NCBI RefSeq assembly: GCF_018350175.1
Contig: NC_058368.1
Location: 25,546,001 to 25,610,000 of the forward strand
Reading direction: 5' to 3'
Source: Felis catus
Taxonomy: Eukaryota
Length of the DNA: 64,000 bases
Below the pieces are notes generated by a model. It searched no databases. It was not told the origin of the DNA and saw only the letters and a list, made by a program, of their open reading frames with translations. This document shows positions 13,980 through 25,635 of the stretch, piece by piece (the stretch's first letter is position 1; every line of letters begins with the position of its first letter). The position numbers and the translations under genes are program-made.

Positions 13980-14366
13980 GTGCTGTTTATTTGTGATCTC
14001 ATTGATCGGCAAGGGGCAGTTACTTCCTGGACCGCTGTCTGTGCCGCTTGCGATGTCGTTGGGCATTCACTTCTAAGTGAACCTATAAAGACAAACTTGG
14101 CCACCAAAAAGGATTGTTTGCTGTTGAAATTGTAGCATTATTCATCCCTTTGAGTCTTTTTTTTTTTTTTTTTAACGAATAGACTTCAAATGAGAAAACT
14201 TCAAAAACATAAAGTTAAGCAAATTGACTTTAGAATCTAGCATTTTAGGGGCTCCTGGGTGGCTCAGTCTGTTAAGCAACCAACTTCAGCTCAGGTCATG
14301 GTCTCACGGTTTGTGAGTTCAAGCCCTGCATAGGGCTGTCTAGTGTCAGCACAGAGCCCGCTTTGG

Positions 14367-14415
<49 letters not shown>

Positions 14416-15006
14416 GCCCCTCCCCCGCTCATGCTCTTTCTCTCTCTCTCTCAAAAGTAATTTTTTTAAACGAAACTAGCATTTTAGCACGTCCTGCCGA
14501 CAAACTGGAAGGGGTGTGCCCCCTTCTGATGTGTTTGTCAGATGACTTAGTTGTTTATATATCCAGAGATTGACGCCAAAGATGAGCGGTGACTCTCCCA
14601 GGACTCAACTCCGGGCTTGCACATCAGACCTGCTGATGCCCCCCTGGTCTCCTGAGTTACATCTTCCCTGAGTTACACGAGCATCTGTGTGCATGTTTCC
14701 CCTCTGTGGAACTCAGCAGTGGAAATGCCAAGGCAGCAAAGAGGATAAGGAGGACTTTGGTTCGTTTTAACAACGGAATCTGAGAAGTGCCAGGCAGGGA
14801 AAGCCAGAGGAGAAGCAGGCTACCTCCATCTGTCAGCAGCCAGAAATATGTGTTTCTTTAGTGGTGGTAATACGCAGGGCGTTCTATTCCCAACGCGGCC
14901 CAGAGCCTGGCAGGAAGTCAAGCCTGTGTACCCACAGTTGTCGGCTTGGCCTCCCGCAGGAACAAACTATGCTTCCCTGCGGCGTGATTCAGAGCTCTGT
15001 GTTTAG
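13980..15006 (+). pseudogene. Further FN3-like remnants (~13980-14092 C-terminal half; 14567 onward N-terminal half)
   Basis: ICDL...AVCAACDVVGHSLLSEPI resembles FN3 V.A.N.VG.S..SEP; atatatccag|...PADAPLVS*VTSSLSYTSICVHVSP resembles FN3 P.AP...V...S.TSI.V.W.P. Confidence 0.35.
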
Positions 15007-15287
15007 TTAGACTCCAGTAGACTTGATGACAATCCGAGACAGGGGCACCTTCCTTGCTCTCTGTTGTGAGCTACCCACCAATCATGTGAAGACATGTGCT
15101 TTGGACAAACGTGTCGGCATAGGAATTCTAAATTTAGGAGTCATGGTCAAGAAAGTCCATAACCATTTAATGGGATGTGCCAAATTTGTGGGTATGCGCA
15201 CTTTTCTGGAGGAAAAAGAGCTGTATCTTTCATCAGATTCTCAAAGCGGTCCAGGATCCAAAAGATCAAGAACCTTGAAAAGAATAC

Positions 15288-15620
15288 GTCCTAGTCTACT
15301 CAGGCTGATTTAACAAAAATACGACAGATGGGGGGCACTTAAACGATGTTGCTTTCTCACAGTTCTGGAGGCTGGGAAGTCTAAGATCAAGGTATCCACA
15401 GATTTGCTGTCTGGCCACAGTCAACTTTCTGGTTCACAGACGGCCACCTTCTGGCTGTGTCCTCACATGGCGAAAGGGGCAAGGGAGCTCTCTGGGGTCT
15501 CTTTTATAAGGGCACTGATCCCATTCACCCTTATAACCATCTACCGAAGACCCTACCTCCTAATACCATCACACTGGGGGTTCGGACTTCAACATAGGAA
15601 TCTTTAACACATTTAGTCTA
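15288..15620. mobile_element. MaLR (MLT1A-type) LTR
   Basis: tctcacagttctggaggctgggaagtctaagatcaagg...ttctggctgtgtcctcacatgg. Confidence 0.75.
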
Positions 15621-16059
15621 AATCAATTCTTGAATAGTAAGACACTGGGCTCATTTAACTGAACATCATGGCCTTTCCTGACTCAGTAGATTCTCTTCTA
15701 CCTGCACTTTTTTTTTTTTTTTTGAGAGAGAGAAAGAGGGAGAAAGAGAGAGAGAATCCCATGAGGGGCAGAGAGAGAGAGAGAGAGAACGGGGCTCATG
15801 TGTTCTACTCAAAGTGGGGCTCATGCTCACCTGAGATGGGCCCCATGGGGAACTCAAACTCATGAACCATGAGAGCATGACCTGAACGGAAGTCAGGAGC
15901 TTAACCGGCTGAGCCACCCAGGCGCCCTGCCTGTGCCTTAACTGACCCTCTGTTCCCCAAAAGAAGCACATCATTTTAGGAATACACTTGGCCACTAATT
16001 CAGGAGTCAAGGCCATATACTACATGTTTAAAATGTGCACAGTAAGCCTTGCTCACCAG

Positions 16060-16790
16060 CCCCGAGGACCCCAACACTCACACAGCACACCAAAGCAGAC
16101 GTCCTTTCCAGATTGCCCTTGGTCACTTGAGGGAGGCCCTGGAACATGAAGTCGGGACATTTTGATAATGAGATATGTCATAGATATCACTGGTAGAGAA
16201 AACCAAATGAGATACTCTGAGAAATTAAAACCCATACTTCAGACTTAACCACATAAACCCCACGAACACGTGAGCTTTTGAGGGGTGCCTGGGTGGCTCA
16301 GTCAGTTAAGCTCCCGACTTCGGCTCAGGTCATGATCTCACATCTTGTGAGCTCAAGCCCCACATCAGGCTCTGTACTGACAGCCCAGAGCCTGGAGACT
16401 GCTTCAGATTCTGTCTCCATCTCTCTCTGCCCCTCCCCTGCTTGTGCATTCTCTCTCTCTCTCTCAAAAATAAATAAATAAACATTTTATTTTATTTTTT
16501 TTTTAATTTTTTTTTCAACGTTTATTTATTTTTGGGACAGAGAGAGACAGAGCATGAACGGGGGAGGGGCAGAGAGAGAGGGAGACACAGAATCGGAAAC
16601 AGGCTCCAGGCTCTGAGCCATCAGCCCAGAGCCTGACATGGGGCTCGAACTCACGGACCGCGAGATCGTGACCTGGCTGAAGTCGGATGCTTAACCGACT
16701 GCGCCACCCAGGCGCCCCTAAATAAACATTTTAAAAAAGCCTTTGATATATCCTTCAGCAAAGAGCCAAACTGGTGTGCGTGTGTGTGAA
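16060..16790 (+). pseudogene. Candidate FN3-like exon remnant split by nested SINEs (16281-~16740)
   Basis: gctcaccag|..PRTPTL...; with frame changes WSLEGG...ILIMRYVIDITG...PYFRLNHINPTNT*AF, continuing DISFSKEP after the SINE target-site repeat (agcttttga/agcctttga). Confidence 0.45.
16490..16718 (-). mobile_element. Young feline SINE inserted in the tail of an older + strand SINE (16281-16489)
   Basis: 15-bp TSD taaataaacatttta at 16475-16489 and 16719-16733. Confidence 0.93.
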
Positions 16791-18146
16791 TATACCCTGC
16801 ATCCAAGTCAATAAAAAGGATTCTGGGAAAATGGCAGTAAGGGTGGGGTAGTGTTTTAATCTCTCTGAATTCCCAAGTGAAAAAAATAGAGCGGGTACAA
16901 CAAATCCAAAATGTTATGGAAAACACAACAAAATTAGGAGTAAGAAATCTCCATGACGATCAAAATAAAGGCACCTTAGAGAAACGTGGGAAAGCCACCA
17001 GACTGCATGGGTTGCAGAATCTGTGCAGGAAAAGGCGGAGGGTGTGACCAGGGTGCCCGATGACCTGAGAACAGTGACTGACAGCTATTCACCCGGAAAG
17101 CGGAGCCAATAGGAGAGTCTCTGCCACTCCAGTGATGAGAGGGGATGCAAGGAGCCTTCAGGATGCTGGACAGCCCAGCTCCTGTGAGCCCTAGAAATTA
17201 GGAACATAAGAAACAGAAGGGCCACATAAAGGCGGGGGAGGGGAGCAGAGCCAGAAAAGCCCAGCAAGGGGGCGCCTGGGTGGCTCAGTCGGTTAAGTGT
17301 CATGATCTCAGGTCATGATCTCCTGGTTGGTGAGTTCGAGCCCCGTTATGGGCTCTGTGCTCAGAGCCTGGAGCCTGCTTTGGATTCTTTGTCTCCCTTT
17401 CTCTCTGCCCCTCCCTCCCCCACACTCTCTCTCTTTCTCTCCCTCTCTCTCTGTCTCTGTCTCTCAAAAATAAACATTAAAAAAAATTCATTAAGAAAAC
17501 CCCAGAGAGGAAGTTGCCATGTATTTGAATCCTACCCAGAAATACCAGAAGTGGGAACTCGGTGATGTCAGACAAACCATTCTAGAGCACGCCCTGCTCC
17601 AAAGCCTCAGGGGCACTTTCACACAATAATAGACAATGGCAAAGCAGTGAGGTAAGATTCGATACGTTATTTGAGGACATCAAAAATATAAAAATTTTAA
17701 AAGAGCAGAAGCCAGACAATATGGGCCGCCTGATGAGAGAATTCAATCCCACTGTGGTCTTGCCAAAGGAACTGACTCTTATTAAGCCCCCGAATCTAGC
17801 AGGAAATCTTTGGAATCTAGCAGGAAACCCAGAGGCCAGAAGAACACGAACCATACAAAATGCAGACCATAAGAAACAGGTCAAATGATGTGAATTCTTT
17901 AACAGATGAAAGTGAGGAAAGGAATTGAGGGGAGCCTTGTGGACTTAGAAGACCGATTACATTTTTTAAAAAGACAGCACTAAACTCTTACGTCTAAAGA
18001 TACCATTTGGCTGATAAAGGTACTCGAAAAAGTAAGAAAGTGATCAGGGTAAAATCGGGGGAGTATTTACATTAAGGAAGGGGTAGGGTTGAGGTGGGAC
18101 AGGATTCATTTCTGAGCTCCAAGACAGTGATACTCTAATTCTACCA

Positions 18147-18391
18147 TTTTTTTTTCAACGTTTATTTATTTTTGGGACAGAGACAGACAGAGCATGAACG
18201 GGGGAGGGGCAGAGAGAGAGGGAGACACAGAATCGGAAACAGGCTCCAGGCTCTGAGCCATCAGCCCAGAAACAGGCTCCAGGCTCTGAGCCATCAGCCC
18301 AGAGCCCGACGCGGGGCTCGAACTCACGGACCGCGAGATCGTGACCTGGCTGAAGTCGGACGCTTAACCGACTGCGCCACCCAGGCGCCCC
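18147..18391 (-). mobile_element. Young feline SINE with an internal 33-bp tandem duplication
   Basis: TSD tctaccatttt; duplicated unit at 18237-18269 and 18270-18302. Confidence 0.93.
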
Positions 18392-19236
18392 TCTACCATT
18401 TTTTTTTTTTACTCCTGGAAGTGCTAAAATATACGTAGATAAAATTAACCATTTTAAGTGTACTATTCAGCACCGTTAAGTGCATGCACAATGTTGTACA
18501 ACCATCACCTCTCTGTGTTTCCAGAGGTTTTGTATCATCCCAAACAGACACCCTGTTACCTACCATTTCTTTTTTTAAATGTGTTCATTGGAACCCTTTA
18601 CTAAAAAGATGCTTTCCTGCATCTATGATTTGGTTACCCAGGGGTAGGGGCCATATGGAAAGGCAGGATAAAGGCTGAGTAGGGATGGGACCCAAGGGGC
18701 ATCTGGGGTGGCCCCAACCCGTTCTGTTTCTTGTCCCGGGAAGTGACGACAAGGGTGTTTGGGGCATGCTGAGATCACTATGAGCATAGGGAGGAAGAGA
18801 GGGAGACGGGAGAGCCAGGCAAAAAAGGAAAGCAATTTTCTGCCACCACAAAAAAGTACCTGTGATATGACAACATATATGCATTTCCTAAGATGAATTA
18901 TGTGCGGTTCTGTAGACCTAGAAAGAAAGAAATAAAATACAAAGGTAGAGTGTCCATCTATTAGGGGGATTTAGGCCTAGGCCTACTTATGGGCAGACAG
19001 ATGTATAAAATAACTTCTCGGAGGCCCTCGGGGAGCAAAAGGGGCCTCTGGAGTGCCGGCAATGATCTGTCTGTGGATCTGGATGTGACTGCCTGAGCGT
19101 GATCAGTTTGTGAAAAACCGTTGGGCTGTACATTTAACAATACACACATCCTTCTGTATGTATGTTATACTTTCATAACAACTTTTCTAAAAAAAAAAAA
19201 TTCAAAGTATCTTGCACTCCTAAGATCCTATCTTAG

Positions 19237-22081
19237 GGAAATACCCAGGCCTTATTGAGGTTGTCAGGATTCAAAGAATGCATCGCGACATGTAGAAGTG
19301 GAATTGTGGTCCTTTCCACTCATTAACTATCCACGAAATGAAATTAGACCTGACTCAGCGGCCTGCTTGCTCTTGACTGAAGGAGGAAGCCGACAGCTCC
19401 GATCGCTGGGCCTGGCAATGGCTTAGCGGCACCCACATCTTGGTCCATGGCGTAGGACCCAAGAGGAGCCACAGCTGCCGATCATTGAGTCTGGTGCCAG
19501 CGAATGGGTCCAAGGTGGGAGATGAAAAATATCTCACTACTGGCTCCCTCTGAGGAGACATGGAGGGAGGAGGAAGGGGGGAGGATGAAAAGAATCTAAA
19601 TAAAAGTCTTTCCACCTCATGCCTGCTGTAATAACGATCTTTGAGCTATGGGCTGCAATATTCCTCCAAAGCATAAATGCCCCCCCCCCCGTGTTTTATT
19701 TACCCGATGGAAATGAAAACTAGCCCTGAAGTGGAATTTCCTCTGAAACTGTCTGGTCTCATTAGCTCTGAGAGTCGAGATTCTCTAGAAGAAATATTTA
19801 CCTGATGGGATCTGCTGTAAGTACCATCCTTGATTCCGAAAGCCTGAGAAGGCTGCCTGGAGGAAGAGGTAATTCTTGTTCCTTGGGAGCATCACTACAG
19901 TCATTTGAGCTTCCTGGCCAGAAAGTACTTTGGACACACCAAGTCTCTTAAAATTCATCTCTTAGGCAAACAAATGACTTGTAAGAAGGTGATGTCCCTT
20001 TACGGTGAAACCTTGACTCCTGTTTTTCTGCTATGAAGAATTATTCTGCCACAGAGCTCCAGATACAATATTCTAGGAAATCATTCTATTGAAGAAGAGG
20101 ACAGTATTGGCAATTTCAAGCGAGAAAGAATAAAAATATACAGGACTCAAAGTGTCTCAGAGCTTGTCACTTTGCAAATGAGCCTTACAGAGGCGCCTGG
20201 TTCGCAGTTTCAGCCCCGCATGGGGCTCTGTGCTGACAGCTTGGAGCCTGAAATGGATCCTGTGTCTCCCCCTCTCTCTGCCTCTCCCCCACTCACGCTC
20301 TGTCTCTCTCTCTCTCTCAAAAATAAATAATAAAACATTTAAAAAATCTAAAAAAACAAATGAGTTTTACAGAAGTTTCTTTTGGATGGCCTGCACTTTT
20401 CTCTATGTATGATAGTCAATAAAACAAGACAGTGGATGATCCAAGATGCAAATTCACTGACAAAAATAGGGAGGGAACTAGCGTTTGATGAATGTGTAGA
20501 AGTCAGGCAGCGTGGTAGTTGCTGAGTTTTTGCAGTTTTTTGTTTGTTTGTTTTTACTTTGGTAAAATATACATAACACAAAATGCACCATTTTAACTTT
20601 TTTTTTTTTTTTTTAATGTTTGCTTTTGAGAGACAGACAGAAACAGAGACAGAGCATGAGTGGGGAGGGGCAGAGAGAGAGGGAGACACAAAATCGGAAG
20701 CAGGCTCCAGGCTGAGCCGTCAGCACAGAGCCCGACGCGGGGCTCGAACTCACGGACTGTGAGATCATGACCTGAGCCGAAGTTGGACGCTTCACCGGCT
20801 GAGCCACCCAGGCACCTCTTAACCGTTTTCTATTGTATAATACAGTGGTATTGAGAACGTTCACATTGTTTGGCAGCCATCGCCACCATCCATCTCCAGA
20901 ACTTTTCATCATCCCAAACTGAAACTCCATACCCATTAAACAAGAATGAGGCAGAAGGCCACCATTACTGCGCCCCTCAAAGACCCCGGCAGGGTCACAG
21001 AGGTAAGTATGAGCAATTCCAGGTCACTGCTAAAAGACAGTTATTAAAGGTAGCCTGAAAGTTATAAAGCCTGCTTTCGGTGCTGTCTTCAGAAACTTTT
21101 GACATCCTTAAAGGAAATGGAATGATGTTTTGATCGACTCGCCTGAGTTAGGTACTACCAGCAGCATGGCGCCCCTCCCGTGGGTGAGGCTTGTTACCCT
21201 ACTGCAATCTACATGTTGACCCCCATGTCTGTTCCACTTTCCTTCAGGGCCAGGACTGTGTCCCGTTCCTGTCATACGTGGAACAGTTGGTAGTGCGCCT
21301 GGCACGTAGTAATTGTTCCATATACGTGTGCTGAATGAATGAATCAAAAATTAATACTACTCAATTCTTATCCAAAGCTCAGGTGCTAATTAAATTTTTT
21401 CCCTTTTGGGAAAGAACCGCCTTTGGGAACATAATAAATCACCTGGTAACAGAAGTGAGAGACCTTGAAGGCAAGGAAAATGAGATGGTTAAGTTGCCTC
21501 TGCATAAGAAAACAAGAGGGATTTGCAAATTTTTTTTTTTCCTGATGGGGAAGGTGGGAAGCAGGTCCAGGAAGGGAGAGAAGAGAGAGCTGCCTGTGGG
21601 CAGGTGGGGGCTGGGGGGGTCCATGCACAGCTGTGTTGGGTGGCCAAGGGCACTTTAAGAACAGAAACACCCAGAGTTCACTCTAAAGCTGCATTGCTGT
21701 GATCAGGCACTGTCTCCCTTCCCGTGTATTGTCAGCGACTAAATAATGTAAACATGGACAGAATCCTTGGAGAGGGTTTTGGATTTCCTCAGAAGGTATG
21801 TGCCAACCTTATCCGGACTTCATGGGGACAGGGGAGCCCAGCAGACACTGTGTCATAGAAACAATACTTGTGCTAGGTTGCTGGAAGGGTCTTCTGTCCA
21901 TTCCCGATCATGAAATAATTTTATCTTTGGATCACTCCAGACCTCAGAAAGCTGTGACGCAGATTCCTTTGTTCTGCCTACTACTGGAATTATTTTTACT
22001 GAGTTGAATGAGAAGATTAGGCCTACACTGAAGGAGGTCATACGAAATAAGCCACGGGAGCCCATTACCGAATTGACGTAG
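19237..22081 (+). pseudogene. Downstream exon remnants: 19237-19514; ~20940-21002; 21736-21795 (60 nt, phase 0-0); 21941-22081
   Basis: Donors GAG|gtaagt (21003) and AAG|gtatgt (21796); acceptors ccttcccgtgtattgtcag and ttttatctttggatcactccag; in-phase spliced peptide MRQKATITAPLKDPGRVTE-RLNNVNMDRILGEGFGFPQK-TSESCDADSFVLPTTGIIFTELNEKIRPTLKEVIRNKPREPITELT*. Confidence 0.45.
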
Positions 22082-25000
22082 GGGTATTTGCTGATGAGGG
22101 CTCATTACCAGACACTAAAAAAAAAAAAAAAAAATTCCTAGGAAACATGATTTTTTTTTTTTTTTGCATAAAAATGATAGCAAATCTTAGAACTAATGAT
22201 ATCCTCCCTTCTCTTCAGTTGCTAAAGTCTCCTGACCAAACTTGGGGCCCAGCTCTAATGACTGTGCAGGACTTGACATACCCAATTTGACACCGTCCCT
22301 ACCCCTGGCTTCGTCTTCTTTTTTTTTTTTTAAGTTCATTTATTATTTAGAGAGAGAGAGAAGGAGAGAATCCCAGGCAGGCTGTGCGCTGTCAGCATGG
22401 AGTCCAATGCAGGGCTCGAACTCACCAACTGTGAGATCATGACCTGAGCCGAAACCAAGAGTCCGACACTTAACCAACCAAAGCCACCCAGGGGGCCCCT
22501 GCCTCTTTACTTTTTGGAGGTGCTTCGTGCCACACAGAATTCCATAAGCTGCCACCAACAATTTTTCAAGCAAGGCAAAGTGCAAAGAAAATAAATTAAT
22601 AAACTCTCCAAATTATATTCTTTCCAGTTCCCACCCCAGGGTGCTTCTGCACTTCAAAGAGTGGAAAGCAGAAGATAAGCTATCTCCCTCCTACAGCCTG
22701 ATGGCAGGTTTCACCCATCCCTCCCCATTCCTCCCTTGTAAGTACTGGCTGCCATTTCTAGCAAAATTATTTATGGGTCTGTTTTTTTGGATCAAAATCA
22801 TGCTAGATCACACACACGCACAGGCACACACATCCCGGGCTCATTAAGCGATCAGAAAACTCTCTGCCTCCCAGCCACACAGTTTAGAGACAGAACTCCC
22901 TCAGCTCTTCTCAGATATAATATGCTTCTTATTTCTTTAGTGCATTTTCCTTATAAATTGTTTATGCGTGATAGAAATACTTCCCGTATACTTTGTGTTA
23001 CTGTGATACAATGTTAAGTATCTATGAGAAAAAGAATTTTAGAAATTAACCATGAAATTGTATGTGAAGCATCACTGGGGTCACTACAATGTAAGCGTTA
23101 CAATTAGCACTAAAGTTCCCCTCCACCATGGTCTTCCTCAGCCCCACTGCCGCCCAGAGTTAGTCACTGTTACCAGCTTGATGCACGTCCTTCCAGATTG
23201 TTGTCTATGCTTCTGCAGATATATAAACGTATCTACAGCTATACATTGCTTTTATTATGTGTGTCTGTGTTAAATGCACGGCATGCTGTTCATGTTATTA
23301 TATGTGTCTCTATGTTAAATGCTGTTCATGTTAACGCTGTTCTACAATTTGCTTTTTTTCACCTAACATTATGTCTTCAGAGCCACATTTCCTGCTTCGA
23401 GGGAAGAGCAATTTTCTATGTTAACTTATCCAAACAGCCTCTTCTAGCCAGTAGCTACTGGTCTTCTGCCTTTATTTTTCAGTCACTGGCACTACCAAAG
23501 ACCAAAGTGGCAGGTCATAAAGGAATTCAGAAAAGGAGATCACAGGAGGACTACCTCGGAGGCCGCCATGCTACAATATGGTGCTCAACCTATTACTTGT
23601 CTCCGTCTCAAGTTCATTCATTTAACAATTTTTGACTGGCTATCTATGACCCACTGTTCCAGCCACTGGGGATTCATCTGTGATCTAAAAGAAAATCTGT
23701 ACCTCTCTGGCGCTTTCAGAAGACAAAATAATAAGTAAAAGAAGTAATATGTTGGTGCTGATAAGTTCTATAGAGAAAACTCAGGGAGAAAAGAAGAATA
23801 GGGATTTCCAAGGGAAGACCAGTGAATGCAATTTTAAATATGGTGGCCACGGAGGGCCTATGGAGAAGATAACAATCTGAGCCAAAGTATACCTTTGATT
23901 TGTGCAGATAGTAGCTTCTTCTTCCGAGAGAGCGAGAAAAGAGTGAAGTGCGGCATTTTTAGCAATATCTTTCCCATCATTCAGCCCTCCCACAGCTGGC
24001 TCACCTTCTAAAACCTGACTGTTGAGCAATTCTAAGAGGGGTCAGGATGTTCACACTTCTGTCAGCCTACAGACAGCATGCCAGAAAACAACTTGGCTGT
24101 TTTCTCTTTCTGGCTTCCTCTATCAGGCACCTGCACTTTTAAAAGGTGTCATGTTACAAGGCACCTGGCTGGCTTAGTTGGTAGAGCATGCAATTCCTGA
24201 TCTCAGGGTCGTAAGTTTGTGTCCCACGTTGCGTGCAGAGATGACTTAAAATAAACACATAAAATGTTTAAAAGGTATCAAATTGATTGTCTTGACTGCT
24301 ATTTTGAAAAATTCTTGGGGCACCTGGGTCACTCAGTCGGTTGAGCATCCGACTTCGGCTCAGGTCATGATCTCACAGCTTGTGGGTTCGAGCCCCATAT
24401 TGGGCAATGTGCTGATGGCTCAGAGCCTGGAGCCTGCTTCGGATTCTGTGTCTTCCTCTCTCTCTGCCCCTAACCCACTCGCATTCTGTCTCTGTCTCTC
24501 TCAAAAATAAATAAACATTAAAATGTTTTTTTCTAAATAAAAATTTAAAAAAAAGAAAAATTCTTTTCTTGCTAAACTCCCTTAAGACAAAGATTCTCAG
24601 CCTTGGCTGCATACTCGCTTTACCAGGAGAGCTTTAAAATTTTCTGCTGCCCGTGTGCCACCCTCAGAGGTTGTAATTTCATTGATCAGGAGTATGGCCT
24701 GAGCATCGGAACTTCTCAAAAGTTTTCCCAGGGATTCTAAGGCACTGCTAGGGATGAGAACCACTGTTTTACAGGCCGCTAGTCCCAGTGATAATGCGTT
24801 CCGCAAATGACCACAGGTTTCCAATTGAAGGCCACTTCAGCCAGAAACTAAGACTGGGGGATCCTGTAATTAGCCACATGCTATTATTACTACTTATTCC
24901 TTAATTCCTTATACACAATTTCATGCTTTTGCAAAGTGCTCTCCAATATATTATCTTTTTGGAAATATATGTTGTCATCCTTAGTCATGTCCTTAAAAAG

Positions 25001-25397
25001 ACACTAGAGACCGCACTGGTAAATGTTAATGGGGAGGGGCTTGGCCAAAAATGCAGATTAATTCCAAAAGAATTTCTTGAGCAGCTATTATGTGCCTCAG
25101 GCTCATTGTACTCTGAACTCATAGAGGTCTCACATCTTTCTTGACATTAAATTTAAACAATTTGAATTAGTTAAATAAGTTAAAATCCTCTTGAACTATA
25201 AATGATAACTAAAAGGACAATATGTCACGAAATACCTGAATATCATGTTCACGTACATTATGGCATGTACCTGTTTAATATTCACAACTCTATCAGTTGA
25301 AAATTATTCTCTGAGCAAGCCCAGGTTCAGAGAGTTTAAGTGACTTGCCTAAAGCCATGCAGTTATAAGTTGCAGAATTGGAATTCGAACCCAGTTC

Positions 25398-25635
25398 TTT
25401 TTTTTTTTTTTTTTTAATTTTTTTTTTCAACGTTTTTTTATTTATTTTTTGGGACAGAGAGAGACAGAGCATGAACGGGGGAGGGGCAGAGAGAGAGGGA
25501 GACACAGAATCGGAAACAGGCTCCAGGCTCTGAGCCATCAGCCCAGAGCCCGACACGGGCCTCGAACTCACGGACCGCGAGATCGTGACCTGGCTGAAGT
25601 CGGACGCTTAACCGACTGCGCCACCCAGGCACCCC
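25398..25635 (-). mobile_element. Young feline SINE inserted into a MIR
   Basis: TSD aacccagttctt; flanks read as MIR (aagtgacttgcctaaagccatgcag...gaattcgaacccag). Confidence 0.88.

Noticed and set aside
21754..21790. DRILGEGFG resembles a tyrosine-kinase glycine-rich loop
   Set aside because: No VAVK, HRDL or DFG motifs found in the following segments; treated as chance until a search says otherwise.
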